From contig CAVVMW010000008.1 in the NCBI GenBank assembly GCA_963749495.1, positions 224,001-288,000 on the forward strand: 64,000 nt of DNA. The letters are read 5' to 3'. This DNA comes from an uncultured bacterium. GTDB lineage: Bacteria > Verrucomicrobiota > Verrucomicrobiia > Limisphaerales > UBA8199. Each line of letters opens with the position of its first letter. Within the stretch, counting starts at the first letter, position 1. Below the pieces are notes generated by a model, which did no database searches, had not been told where the DNA came from, and was given only the letters and a program-made list of their open reading frames with translations. Position numbers and translations under genes: made by a program. This document shows, one piece after another, positions 41,318 to 51,724 of the stretch.

Positions 41318-41529
41318 TGGGGTGCTCCCCTGAGTCTGAGCATCGGTTCGGCTCTGATCGGTCTGGTCTCTCTGCATGCCGGACGTTTCTATGGCTTCCC
41401 ACATTGCTGCCCGGATCTGAGCAAATCCTCCCTATAACAGCCTGGCAATTCACACTGCGCGAGCCGTTGTGGCGACGAGATCCTCGCCTGCGCTCACGCC
41501 CCGATTCCACCCGACAAGGGCCGTTCTAA

Positions 41530-41814
41530 ACGCCGAAGCCGTGGCCCCGAAGCGAGGGTGTCCGATCCTCCCATAGTGCCAAGGTCAATCGTGGCTCCAT
41601 TGTCCCAGAGAATCGCGTGGGTGATGTCCTCTTTGGTCGCGGCCCAACCAACGACCTGGCCCCGGTTGTTCATTCCGGTTGCCCGGGTCCAAGCGAATCC
41701 AGGGGGAATTCCCAACTCGATGAGCACATATTTTGGCCCACCAAAGGACGGGTAAATCGCCAGGCCTACAAACGTCAACAGGACGGCTGCTCCTTTCCAG
41801 AGTTGAAGCTTCAT
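41530..41814 (-). pseudogene. N-terminal fragment of a secreted HAF-repeat protein
   Basis: Signal peptide plus one repeat (ATGMNNRGQVVG..HAILW..IDLGTMGG), then unrelated sequence. Confidence 0.7.
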
Positions 41815-41960
41815 AAGCGCATCTTGAAACCGAGCCGCAACATGTCAAGTGGAAAGAACCGCTCATCGCAATGTACAGGTGCCTGGGATCTCAGAGTATT
41901 CGCCTATCCATGGGCATCGATCGCCGTGCGGAAGGCAGAATTGGCCACTACGGGCCTGGC

Positions 41961-42298
41961 CTATAGTTTCCCGGCGGCCTTCTCCATCTCGGTCTTTCGG
42001 GCCTGAAGATCGGCCAACTTCCGTCTGAGGATAGCAATCTCCGTGTTGATTTTCCGCAATTCTGCCTGGCTCTTGGTTTCGGCCAGGTGCTTCGAGCCGC
42101 ACTGCTCAGCGATATACCGCTCCAATTGGGCCCTCAAAATCCTCAAATAGGGGTTGCCCCAGATCGAGCCCTCTCGGTATTCAAGCTTGCCGGCTCGAAT
42201 ACCTTTCACAATGAACTCCCGGCTAACCCGTACTCCTTCCGAGCCGTCACGTCGCTGAGGGTTGCCCCTTTGCGATTCCATTCGCCGTATTCAGCCAT
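41961..42298 (-). CDS. Small HTH/coiled-coil DNA-binding-like protein (frameshift near 42228)
   Basis: ATG 42298 MAEYGEWNRKGATLSDVTARKEYG joins VSREFIVKGIRAGKLEY.. if one G is added. Confidence 0.6.
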
Positions 42299-42530
42299 AT
42301 TGCATCCGTGTCGAGTGGACCATATTCTTGCCGCTGGCGATTTTCAACCCGTAAACACGACACCCGCACTCAGTGGTCTCCTGTACTGATGTACGCGATG
42401 ACCCCGGCCTTTGCTGGCGACCATGCAGCGGCCCCCTCCCCCAATCAGCTTCGCGCCTCCAAACCGGTATAATCATCCGAATCGGCCTCGACCGAGGCGG
42501 ATTCGTTCTTCACTTCAACCGGGAGGGGGC

Positions 42531-42756
42531 ATGCCACGACCCAAGCACTATTCTCCTGAGATCCGCCGTTTTCTGGTCTCCGTCCTCTATCACGAAGCCA
42601 GCGGAGGGATGTGCCGATGACTGCCCTGGCGAATCAAATTCTCCAGGACGGTCTCAAGGGCACCGAGAGCTGGAGGAAGGCGGAGGAGTCCCAGAACCCC
42701 ATACGCCGCCAGGAAGCGGCGCCACCAGAAACCGACCATGACACCCCTCCCCGAAC
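42531..42756 (+). CDS. Small RHH-like hypothetical protein (frameshift near 42600)
   Basis: GGGAGG SD, then MPRPKHYSPEIRRFLVSVLYHEA / RRDVPMTALANQIL. 3' end uncertain. Confidence 0.45.
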
Positions 42757-42933
42757 GTAACTATTCAGGTGTTTTTCATCTAACCGGCAGGGAGAATGAG
42801 GATTTTCGCAGCAGAAGCCAGGCGGTATTTGTTTAGGGCCGTTTAGAAGCCCGGCCTGGAGGTGCCGAGATTTTTCCGGTGAACCCTGGAAAAAAGCTGG
42901 TTTCCAAAATCCTTTCGTGGCAGAGTCGGGCCT

Positions 42934-43806
42934 ATGTCAGGTCCGATATGCATCCTGGGCCGCCAGTTTGAACCTGAGGAGCTAACCCAGCTCCAGGCGT
43001 GGATCGACCAGCGCCACGGCCAGAGCCGCCGCGCTTTGTCGCTTGGGCTGGCAAAGCTCTGGGACTGGCGCGACCCCCATGGGCAACTGCGCGACATGGC
43101 CGCTCGGCTCCTACTCAATCGGCTGGAGCAGCGGGTCGGTCTGCGGTTGCCAGCGCGCCAGAACCGTGGGGGTCGCCGACAGGCGCGCCTATCCAGCCAA
43201 GGCGCCCTGACTCCCAGTCTGCCCATCACCCAGTCACTGGGCCAACTGCAGCCCGTGTCGGTGCATCTGGTCGGACCGCGGCAAGCCGAGCGCGCCCGGC
43301 TGGTGCAATATTTTCTGGCACACCACTACTTGGGTTATCCGCATCCCTTGGGCCAATTGCACTACTTGGTCACCGATGGTCAGGGGCGGGACTTGGCTGT
43401 TTTGCTCTTTGGTCCGGCGGCTTGGAAGTGCGCACCCCGCGACCGCTTTATCGGGTGGAGCACGGCCCAACGGCAAGCCCACCTCCAGCAGGTGGCCAAC
43501 AACAGCCGATTCCTGATTTTACCCTGGGTAGAGGCGCCGCGGTTGGCCAGCCATGTCCTGAGCCTGGTCTTGCGCCGGCTGCGCCAGGACTGGCAAAGCG
43601 CATATGCCCGGCCCCTGGAGTTGGTCGAAACCTTCGTTGATAGCTCCCGCTTCACGGGGGCCTCTTATCGCGCGGCCAACTGGATCGAGTTGGGCCACAC
43701 CACCGGCCGCACCCGCCAAGACCGCGCTCATCGGCTCCAGACGCCCCCCAAGCAGGTGTGGGTCTATCGGCTGCACCCGCAGTTCCGCCCCCGCCTATGC
43801 GCCTGA
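42934..43806 (+). CDS. DUF4338 (DruA-like) domain protein
   Basis: HHYLGY, FGPAAW..RDRFIGW, NNSRFLILPW, LASHVL, LVETFVD..GASYRAANW..GHTTGR. Confidence 0.88.
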   Translation: MSGPICILGRQFEPEELTQLQAWIDQRHGQSRRALSLGLAKLWDWRDPHGQLRDMAARLLLNRLEQRVGLRLPARQNRGGRRQARLSSQGALTPSLPITQSLGQLQPVSVHLVGPRQAERARLVQYFLAHHYLGYPHPLGQLHYLVTDGQGRDLAVLLFGPAAWKCAPRDRFIGWSTAQRQAHLQQVANNSRFLILPWVEAPRLASHVLSLVLRRLRQDWQSAYARPLELVETFVDSSRFTGASYRAANWIELGHTTGRTRQDRAHRLQTPPKQVWVYRLHPQFRPRLCA

Positions 43807-44262
43807 GCCGCCCTGTCTGCCGTCGCACAGGCAGGCGCCAACAACTGTTCCAGTTGGCCCGCGCGGGCCTGGGCAAGCTCATCGGCCTGATCCTGCGTCT
43901 GGAAGCCAGGCTGTGCAAACTGCTTCGGGAGGTGCGCGCCTTGCGCCAGCAAGTCAAAGAGCTCAAAGCGCGGCTGGCCCTCAACAGCTCCAATAGCGGT
44001 CGGCCCCCCTCGACCGACGGACTGGCCAAGCCAGCGCCCAGGTCGTTGCGCGCCCGAACGGGTCGCCGGCCCGGCGGCCAACCCGGGCACCCGGGCTGCA
44101 CGCTCCAAGCCGTGGCCCGGCCCGACCATACCCTCATCCACCGGCTTGAGCGGTGTCCCTGCGGCCAGTGCGGGGGCTGCTCGTTGCAGCAGGCGCCGGT
44201 GCTGGGCCATGAAAAACGCCAGGTCTTCGAGTTGCCGCAAAAGCCCCTGGAGGTGACCGATC
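43797..44262 (+). pseudogene. IS66 transposase (TnpC) N-terminal fragment
   Basis: LNSSNSGRPPSTDG, RPGGQPGHPG.TL, CPCGQCG, RQVFELP..LEVT, then truncated. Confidence 0.85.
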
Positions 44263-44298
44263 TGCGCCACGTGTTTGCGGTGCATCGACTGGAACGCT

Positions 44299-44496
44299 AC
44301 CTTCACCGATGATGGAACCAGGCTCATGCTACAAGTTAAAGGCATTATCGAAGCGGGGCCGAACGCACGACGCACGCCGACTAGCCTTTTCCAGGATGGT
44401 GAGCATCAAGAGCGGATATTCCGCCAAGTCGAGACCCGACATCCAGAAATCGAGCACTTCGGCACATGGCACACGCATCACGTGAACGGCCTATCG
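44299..44496 (+). pseudogene. Internal fragment of a JAB/MPN metalloprotease gene
   Basis: IIEAGPNARRTPTSLFQDGEHQE..EHFGTWHTHH (GxWHTH); both ends are missing. Confidence 0.65.
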
Positions 44497-46379
44497 TCGA
44501 GATCGTCGATACGCCGCTCGTTTGGCCTTTGACCCTGGCGTCGGCTACCAAGCACAGCGAGCATCCACCGGCAAGCGAGTGTGCATCGCGGCCAGAACGC
44601 GTGAACCTGTGCGTGGAAACCGAAAAGGCCCACGGCCTCGAACCGGCAGCTTTCGGCGTAATTGCCTGCCGCGAGGCGGATTTCCTCGACACGGTGGCGC
44701 GCTTCGAAGCGGCCGCCGGCCTGCCCAGCCCCAAGCCCGGCGGCATCTGGAACAAGCGATCGCCCTGGGTCAAGCGCTCGTACCTCTTCCTCACCGATTT
44801 CCGCGAGTCCCAGTTTGATCAAGCCTTGGCCCTGGCGCGGCGCGGCGGCTTTCACATGCTCCTCTTGGGCCAGGAATCCTGGGCCCGTGGCACCGGGCAT
44901 TACGACATTGACCGGGACCGGTTCCCGGACGGTTTGGACGGTTTAAAGCGAACCATCAGCCGCTTCAAGGACGCCGGCTTCCACGTTGGGCTGCATTTTC
45001 TGGGTCCATCCATTTATCCGCCCGATCCGTATCTCACGCCCGTACCGGACTCGCGCCTGGTCAAGGGCGCCGCGGCCACGCTCGCCGCAGGCGTAAACGC
45101 CACCACCAATTTCCTGCCCCTAGCCACCGCGCCGGCCAACTTTCCCGCCGAAGACGGCGGCTATGAGGGTCAAGGGACCGTGCTCCAAGTGGGGGAGGAG
45201 TTGATCCAGTACAAATCTCCTTCACTCCAGCCGCCCTTTGGCTTTCGCGAATGCCATCGCGGTTACCTCGGCACGCGCCCCGCCCCGCACCCGCAAGGCG
45301 AGACCATCCGCCATCTCGTCCGCGCTTACGGCTACCACATGTTCGACATGGACACCTCGCTGCTCGACGAAGTGGCCACGCATTTCGCCCGCGTCGCCAA
45401 CACCTGCGGCATCGACATGATTTACTTTGACGGCTCGGAACAGTTACAGGGTGAGCACTGGTTTTACAATGCCCGTCTCCACCAGGCCTTCTACGACAAG
45501 CTCGCCAACAAAGACATTCTCCTCCAGGCCAGCAGTTTTAGCCATTACTCCTGGCACCTGCTGGCCCGCAGCGCCTCCGCCGACGGCCACGGCGACCTCA
45601 AAGGCTACCTCGACCAGCGCTCGGGCTGGTTTAATTCCTTCGCGCGCGACTGGATGCCCCTGGACACCGGCTGGTATTACGGCTATGACCCCGCCGCCAC
45701 TCCCGACATGTTCGAGTATGTCCTGGGCGCGACTCTCGGCTACGACTCCTCCATGTCCTTCCAGGTCTCCTGCAAAGCCGCCGCGGCCCATCCCTTTACC
45801 GGCGCCATCCTGGACCTCATAGCCCGCTACGAGCAATTGCGCCTCTCCGGCCATGTCCCCGAGTCCGTCAAAGCCCGCCTGCGCATCGATCCCAAGCTCA
45901 CCGCCATCAAGCCCGGCGAAGCCCAACCTGCCCTGGTGGAAAAGCGCCGCGAATACCGCTTGCTCGAAGAAAACGGCAAACCGTATTTCCAACGCGTCAT
46001 CTACGAGCCCTGGCACGAAATCAACCCCGCCCAAACCAACTCCGCCACTTGGCGCGTCCGCGTCAAAGATGCCCCAGCCCGCATCGGCGTCCAACTTCAC
46101 GCCCCTGCCGGCACAGAAATCATCGACCCCTGGATCGAACTCGCCGGCCACCGCCTCGGCTGGCAAGGTAAGCTGGCCCAAGGCCAGTTCCTCTTCTTCT
46201 GGCCCGGTGAACCCGTCACCCGCTATTGTCCAGAGCAGAATCCCGACCAGGCTGCCATCGCCCCCACCATCACTCTGGGCCCCGGCGAATATTCCGCCAC
46301 GTTCGTCTCGCGCGAGCCGCTCAAGGCCCCCGTGCGTGTGCGGATCACCCTCCAGTCGCCAGAGCGCATGGATCTCTGA
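44493..46379 (+). CDS. Putative glycoside hydrolase-like protein, 5'-truncated
   Basis: TIM-barrel-like DRFPDGLDGLK..G.HVGLH and IDMIYFDGSE. No credible start; fused to the JAB fragment. Confidence 0.55.
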   Translation: MVEIVDTPLVWPLTLASATKHSEHPPASECASRPERVNLCVETEKAHGLEPAAFGVIACREADFLDTVARFEAAAGLPSPKPGGIWNKRSPWVKRSYLFLTDFRESQFDQALALARRGGFHMLLLGQESWARGTGHYDIDRDRFPDGLDGLKRTISRFKDAGFHVGLHFLGPSIYPPDPYLTPVPDSRLVKGAAATLAAGVNATTNFLPLATAPANFPAEDGGYEGQGTVLQVGEELIQYKSPSLQPPFGFRECHRGYLGTRPAPHPQGETIRHLVRAYGYHMFDMDTSLLDEVATHFARVANTCGIDMIYFDGSEQLQGEHWFYNARLHQAFYDKLANKDILLQASSFSHYSWHLLARSASADGHGDLKGYLDQRSGWFNSFARDWMPLDTGWYYGYDPAATPDMFEYVLGATLGYDSSMSFQVSCKAAAAHPFTGAILDLIARYEQLRLSGHVPESVKARLRIDPKLTAIKPGEAQPALVEKRREYRLLEENGKPYFQRVIYEPWHEINPAQTNSATWRVRVKDAPARIGVQLHAPAGTEIIDPWIELAGHRLGWQGKLAQGQFLFFWPGEPVTRYCPEQNPDQAAIAPTITLGPGEYSATFVSREPLKAPVRVRITLQSPERMDL

Positions 46380-46414
46380 TATCGTCCTCACCCCCTGGCA
46401 GCCGTTGACGGTGA

Positions 46415-46523
46415 ACTCACCGTGGGCGCCGCACTCGAACTTCCGCGGCTAGCGGTGATGCCATGCGAGCCGCGTCCTGCGGACGACTCACCGTGGGCGC
46501 CGCACTCGAACTTCAGCGGCTAG
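46415..46523. repeat. Two 38-bp direct repeats separated by 33 bp
   Basis: ACTCACCGTGGGCGCCGCACTCGAACTTC(C/A)GCGGCTAG at 46415-46452 and 46486-46523. Confidence 0.9.
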
Positions 46524-47485
46524 GCCAGTGCCTCCCGGCAGTATTGGACGCACTTGGCAACCTCAGCCACGGCGTTTGAGCCTTCCGGAATCCGATATTC
46601 CAGCTCGATGTCACCCGGGAACGTCCACCTCTCCTTTTTCATCAACCGGAGGAGCTCCTTGATCGGCGTCTTCCCCTGGCCCCAGGGCAGGTTCCCGCCG
46701 TCGGCGGTCCTGTCCTTCAAATGAAGGCTGATGATACGGTCGTGGTACTTCTCAAGCACGGGGATCGGAGACAGCCCCTTGGTGCCGGCGAAATAGTGGC
46801 CGACATCAAAGTTGAAGCCGATGTATTCGCCATAAGCCAGGATCGGGTCCGTCTTATCCATCACCGGGTAGTTGTTGGTGTGGTTGTGGAAAGCAACCCA
46901 GATCTTGTGCTTGTCGGCGAACGGCGCCAGCCTCCTGGCCATCGCCTCCGAACGCTCGGTGGTAATGCCCACACAGCCCAGGGCCTTGGCCACCTGGAAA
47001 TTGAAGTCAATCTCCTCATCCGACTGGCCAAAGCCGATCTTGTGGATGTGGATATTAACGCCGGCATCATTATACATTTTGCGCAAGTCCTGGCACTTGG
47101 CCAATTGCGCCTGGCGCTGGGCGTCGGTCGGCTTCGCCGGTTGCTCCGCGGCGCCGCCTCTGCGGCCCCGGCCCCCGCCGGCGCTCAAGCCGGCATACGC
47201 CTGGATTGGGTCCCCCATCAGTTCCACTTCGCTCAGTCCATCCTGAATCAGGGCCTTGAGAGTATCCTCCGCCGAATTGATGCCGCCACGGTAGCTGTAG
47301 GTAATGCACCCGATGCGCACCCCGTTGAAGACGGAGTTGGGCTTGCCTGGCGCGGCCTCGGCCCCGGATGGAGCTTCACCTCCCAGCACACGCCCCGGCA
47401 CGATGGCGCAGGCCGCAAGGGCTGCCGCGCTGCCGAGAAACGCGCGCCTGGTTGTCAATGGGTCGGTCATGATCGTTGTTTTCAT
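46520..47485 (-). CDS. Tat-exported sugar phosphate isomerase/epimerase (xylose-isomerase-like TIM barrel)
   Basis: TRRAFL, VAFHNH, FDVGH, LHLKD, DIELEY. Confidence 0.9.
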   Translation of the reverse strand: MKTTIMTDPLTTRRAFLGSAAALAACAIVPGRVLGGEAPSGAEAAPGKPNSVFNGVRIGCITYSYRGGINSAEDTLKALIQDGLSEVELMGDPIQAYAGLSAGGGRGRRGGAAEQPAKPTDAQRQAQLAKCQDLRKMYNDAGVNIHIHKIGFGQSDEEIDFNFQVAKALGCVGITTERSEAMARRLAPFADKHKIWVAFHNHTNNYPVMDKTDPILAYGEYIGFNFDVGHYFAGTKGLSPIPVLEKYHDRIISLHLKDRTADGGNLPWGQGKTPIKELLRLMKKERWTFPGDIELEYRIPEGSNAVAEVAKCVQYCREALA

Positions 47486-47640
47486 AACTGGATTTCAATT
47501 AGCTTTTGCCCGCCCGCACTTATTCAGAGCCGCGCGGGTGATCTTTATTTTATTGGGATCAGGGTGTCTCTGTCAATCGCCGAGGCCACGATCGTCCACC
47601 CGGCGACACGCCTCTACTTGGCCAGCGAAAGGGCTGAACT

Positions 47641-48609
47641 TCATTGTGCCACGTATTCTCTGATCAGACGGATATTCTCGAGTGGCGTTTCATAGGGCAT
47701 CGCGCCGGTACCCATGACGCAGTTCGGACGACCGCCCGCAATGCCCAACACGCGGTCGATGCCGCGGTAGAGGCGTTCCGGATCGGGGCAGGCCACCACG
47801 CCGGGATCGAGGTTGACGCGAATCGTGATGTGCGGATGCGTCCGGGACACGCGCTGGCCGAACGCGGCCTGATTCGTTTCCACGTTGCAGACGAGGTAGT
47901 TCGTGCCCGTGGACAGGATACCGTCGAGGATCGGGAAGGTGTTTCCGCCCATGATGCAGGGCACCGGATGGCCGATGCAGTCGGCCGCCAGGGCCAGCAC
48001 ACGCTTCAACGCCGGCAGTTCGACGTCCTGGAACTGGCGCGGTGAAAGAATCGGCGGCGCGGCGGCGGATTCGAAAAAAGCCGCATCCAGGCCGGCCTTC
48101 GCTATCGCGAGGCAGAGCACGGCCTGGTTTTCCGCCAGGCGCATCAGCATCTTTGCCGTGTCTTCAGCTCTCGTGATCGCGTCTTCACAGAGCGGAGAGA
48201 TGCCGCGCAGGTTGAAGGCGATCGAGAACGGCCCTGCAACCGGTATGCGCACGTCGGCCTCCGGGAACTCGCGCTTCAATCGCCGGCCGACGGCGAGCAG
48301 CATCGCCACCCGCCCGTCGCGGGCCGGGTCGAAGGGTTTGACCGCGATGCCCTCATCCAGCGAGGTCCAGAGCGGCTGGTGGATGGCCGGGACGGCGCTG
48401 TCTTGGCAGGGTTCGACTCTGGCGCCATAGGCCTCGGCCTCGAGGTTGTAGATGTCGATGCCGACGGCGATGACCTGCTGATGGTACTCGAGGTAAGCGC
48501 GGCGGTGGCCCTCGAACATGAGCTCCGCGTCGCGCGAGACTTCCCACGGCGTGCGCCCAACGAAACGGGCGGCGTGTTCATAAACGACCGGAGTGAAGGG
48601 GATTCTCAT
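47641..48609 (-). CDS. Uroporphyrinogen decarboxylase / MtaA-CmuA family protein
   Basis: DIYNLEAEAYGA, VAGPFSIA, ILSPRQF..ELP, GTGAMPYETPLENI; ATG at 48609. Confidence 0.8.
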   Translation of the reverse strand: MRIPFTPVVYEHAARFVGRTPWEVSRDAELMFEGHRRAYLEYHQQVIAVGIDIYNLEAEAYGARVEPCQDSAVPAIHQPLWTSLDEGIAVKPFDPARDGRVAMLLAVGRRLKREFPEADVRIPVAGPFSIAFNLRGISPLCEDAITRAEDTAKMLMRLAENQAVLCLAIAKAGLDAAFFESAAAPPILSPRQFQDVELPALKRVLALAADCIGHPVPCIMGGNTFPILDGILSTGTNYLVCNVETNQAAFGQRVSRTHPHITIRVNLDPGVVACPDPERLYRGIDRVLGIAGGRPNCVMGTGAMPYETPLENIRLIREYVAQ

Positions 48610-48793
48610 TGCAGAAGGCGGCAGATGTGCGCCGCCAGGGGGGCAAAGGTGTCCGTAAAACCTCCGTCCTGCGCCTGGAGTGTACGCTCCTCGTCCACCA
48701 CGCTCACCGCCAGGCGGCGGCTCGGAGCCGCCGCCTGGCAAGGCGGCCGGCGCCAAAGTCCTCAGGGAACGGCCATAAACCAGGTCAGAGCTG

Positions 48794-49855
48794 CTATATC
48801 CGCACTCTCGCGGTCCGGTAGAACTGCCGTACGCGCGCCATTTCCTCCTCGAGTTCCAACACGCCAATCGACCGCACCATTTGGCCAATCGTTGTCTGGG
48901 GATCGTTGGACCAGAAGATGCCGCAATCCTCGTCTTCGTAATAGTGGAAGCCGACCTTGTCGCTATAGGCTTTCCGGAGGGCTTCGCCATTCTGCAGCTT
49001 CGAGTTCCACGGAAGCAGCGCGTAACTGAGGTCCAGTTCGTGGACCAGGATGTTTTGCGGCGGCTTGATCTGCGCTGCGATCTTACCCGTCGGTTCAAAG
49101 ATCGAGGCGTTGTGCCGCCACGTGCTCGAGACAATGTAACAACGGTGCTCCCTTGCCCGGAACGCGGGTTGGGACGTCTGCGGCGATTGCGTGGGCCAGG
49201 CGATCAGCTCCGCTCCGCGGCGCGCCAGTTCGGCCCAGCCGCCGCCGAAGTCCATATCATAACAGATTTGAATTCCCAGTTTGCCAAAATCGCAGTCGAA
49301 GACGGGGAGCGCGTCGCCGGGAGTGGCGCCGCTTTCCATGGTGCCGCGTTCGAGCGAAACGACCAAATGAACCTTGCGGTAGGTTCCCAGCACTTCACCT
49401 TTGCGCCCGAGCAGGATCGCCGCATTCGAGCACAACCGTTTTTCTTTCGAATCCAGCAAGTAGCTGGGAACGACCATATAGCATTTGTGCTCACGGGCCT
49501 TCCGAGTGAATGCGTCCCTGATTTCTCCTTCGAACGAGACCGCATGGGCCACGGCATCGTCGCCCGCTTCGCCGGTGATCGCCGTTTCGGGCAGAATTGC
49601 GAGATCGAGACCACGGCCATAAGCCTGTTTGGCCTGTGCGGCCATTTGGTCCAGGATTCCTGTCAGTTGCTCCAGACGCTTGGGCAGCCCGGGATACTGA
49701 CCCCAAAAGGACTGCATGGCGGTGCCCACGATGACCTTTCGGGGAGGAGTGCTCGAGGTGGTCCGGACTCGTTCCCCATCGTTGGCGGCCAGTGCCGGGA
49801 CAGCATCCAGAGCCGCGAAGCTGCTCAGCGTTGCCAGGAATGTTCTTCTCCGCAT
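48794..49855 (-). CDS. Tat-exported carbon-nitrogen hydrolase (nitrilase superfamily)
   Basis: MRRRTFL; E-K-C triad in ILPE, YRKVH and ICYD. Confidence 0.9.
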   Translation of the reverse strand: MRRRTFLATLSSFAALDAVPALAANDGERVRTTSSTPPRKVIVGTAMQSFWGQYPGLPKRLEQLTGILDQMAAQAKQAYGRGLDLAILPETAITGEAGDDAVAHAVSFEGEIRDAFTRKAREHKCYMVVPSYLLDSKEKRLCSNAAILLGRKGEVLGTYRKVHLVVSLERGTMESGATPGDALPVFDCDFGKLGIQICYDMDFGGGWAELARRGAELIAWPTQSPQTSQPAFRAREHRCYIVSSTWRHNASIFEPTGKIAAQIKPPQNILVHELDLSYALLPWNSKLQNGEALRKAYSDKVGFHYYEDEDCGIFWSNDPQTTIGQMVRSIGVLELEEEMARVRQFYRTARVRI

Positions 49856-49870
49856 AGGTGAGTTCTCCTC

Positions 49871-51661
49871 TCAGTAGAGCGGCCCGGCGTGCATAGTGAC
49901 AGGCTGTGCCCACTCAGAACACTGCTTGCCCGTGGCGTCGTTTATCGTCAGCCGTAACGCATAGGTCCCCGGCTTGGACGCCGTCAGAGGCAGGGCCATC
50001 CGGTGTGGGTCCGCCAAGTCCTGACGGGCCTGGGCACGAACGGCGCCCCCGACTTCCTCCAACGACGCCGCGACCGTGTGGCTCCCCTTCGCGACGGCTG
50101 CGGTCCCGATCACATCGAAAGTGAAGGCCAGCGTGCTCCGGGGCAGCAGCAGTTGGCGGGGCGCGTCCATTCCTGCTATAGCCGGCGCCGTAAGCCGCAG
50201 GCGCGACACTTCTCCCACGTAGGGCGACGGGGTTTCCGCGGCGGGCTGCTTCCGAGGGAGTCCGGCCAGCAGAACGGACGGGGCAATCGCCTTGGTTGCG
50301 GCGGGGTATTCGAGCAACCGCGCCGTCTGGGCCGCCAGGCGCCACCGCACGGCGTCAAATTCTTCCGACGGCCACATGCCATCAGCCAGGTACTTCGGCT
50401 GGACGTGGATGGCGTCCCATGTCTCTTGAAGGAGCCGTCGTCCCTCGCCGACTGCCGCAACGCAGGCTGGATTTTTCGACCCTTCGCGCTCGACTATCGC
50501 CTGTTGGAGGGTATAGAGATAGCGCGCATCGTCATACCCCTCCCGGAAGCAGGCCCAATAAACCGCAGGGATGACCTCGCCGTCGTCGTCCACACGTTGG
50601 CCGCAACCGGAGTAGCGGCCACGGAGGTAATCGAAGGGATCCGGCTCGGACGGCCAACACCAGTGCCAGGGGATCAGCGTGGCATATCCGCTGCGCCAAA
50701 AGCCGAAGCCGTAGGTCATCCGCCCGCCTTTGCACATCGTGCGGCGGTCCTTGATCTCGCCAGCGTTATGGTTCGGGTAGCACCAGGTACTCGTGCCGGT
50801 TCTGAGAGACGATGCGGTCGTAGGGCACCGAATAAGGCTGGGAGCACCAGACATCCAGAGGTAGTCCTTGTCGGCCGCCCGGCGAATGAACGCCTCGTCG
50901 CGGCCTTTATAGAGGGCCCGGTTCCGCACGTAGAAATAGGCCGAGCAGTGCTTGCGCGGGTCCTTCTGGAGCCGGAAACCCAAGACACGGAGGGCCAGCG
51001 GGATCTCGACAGCCTGCCCGAAGCCATCGTCCCAGACGCTGACGGTCCCTCGGTATAACCCGGGCTTTGCGTCGTCGGGGACATGGGCCGTCAGCCAGTA
51101 CCACTGGCACTCGCCCGCGGGCGAGGAGTGAACCGTTACCCGCTCGAGAAGCTCTGGCACGCGGCGATATGTGTTGAGGGTGGTGTAGGCCGGGTATCCA
51201 ACGTTCCAGTAGGTGGCCAGGCGGACATCAAGGCTGCCAGCCGGGATCTCGCCTGAGGGGGATGTGAGCGACGAAACCCTGACCTTCAGATTTTGGAGGG
51301 GGCGCACGGGATAAAGGGCAAACGTAACGGGCTCGAACTCGCCGGGCGTGGCGAACGCGACCAGGGAGTCGATCCGCTCGTGGGCCAGGGGGCGGGTGTT
51401 GGGATAAATGCTTTCCGTGAGGGGACGCTGGAAGAGGAGATACCCCCGCTCCTTTTCCGGCTCGGTGAGGGACGGCTCGGGAGCGGTCTCATCGAAAGGG
51501 ATCTCCTTGACGCCGTCTGGCACCGTCGGCTGCGGACGGGCGCGCCGCTCGAGGGCGCCGTCGGCTGGTTTTGGACCGAGCCGGAGCGTCGGCTGTTCCA
51601 AGGGCGCCCCCACACCGGCCAGGCCCGCGGCCAGGAGCAGGGTGCTGCACAACGCTTTCAT
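49871..51661 (-). pseudogene. Secreted GH123-like protein with an internal deletion and compensating frameshift
   Basis: Signal peptide, GEFEPVTF, WLTAHVP..PGLYRG, FREGYDDARY. The better frame at 50860-50790 reads LDVWCSQPY..EYWCY and is joined abruptly to AADKDY. Confidence 0.55.
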
Positions 51662-51724
51662 GTGCAAACCAGAGTAAGACCGGATCGGTTTGAGTCAAGC
51701 CGGTTGCGCAGGTTGTATTTGGCA

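Larger units (their letters stand above)
42757..44262 (+). mobile_element. Truncated IS66-family (ISBst12-like) element carrying a DUF4338 gene
   Basis: Left end GTAACTATTCAG at 42757, followed by the DUF4338 ORF and a TnpC N-terminus. Confidence 0.7.

Noticed and set aside
39841..43806. Druantia defence system
   Set aside because: Only DruA-like DUF4338 domains tied to transposases; no DruE helicase or other dru genes.
44299..44496. CBASS or a complete ubiquitin-like operon
   Set aside because: No cyclase, E1/E2 or effector gene is visible; only a JAB fragment.
46415..46523. CRISPR array
   Set aside because: Only two repeats, no cas genes or leader, and one repeat overlaps a stop codon. 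Kept as a plain repeat.
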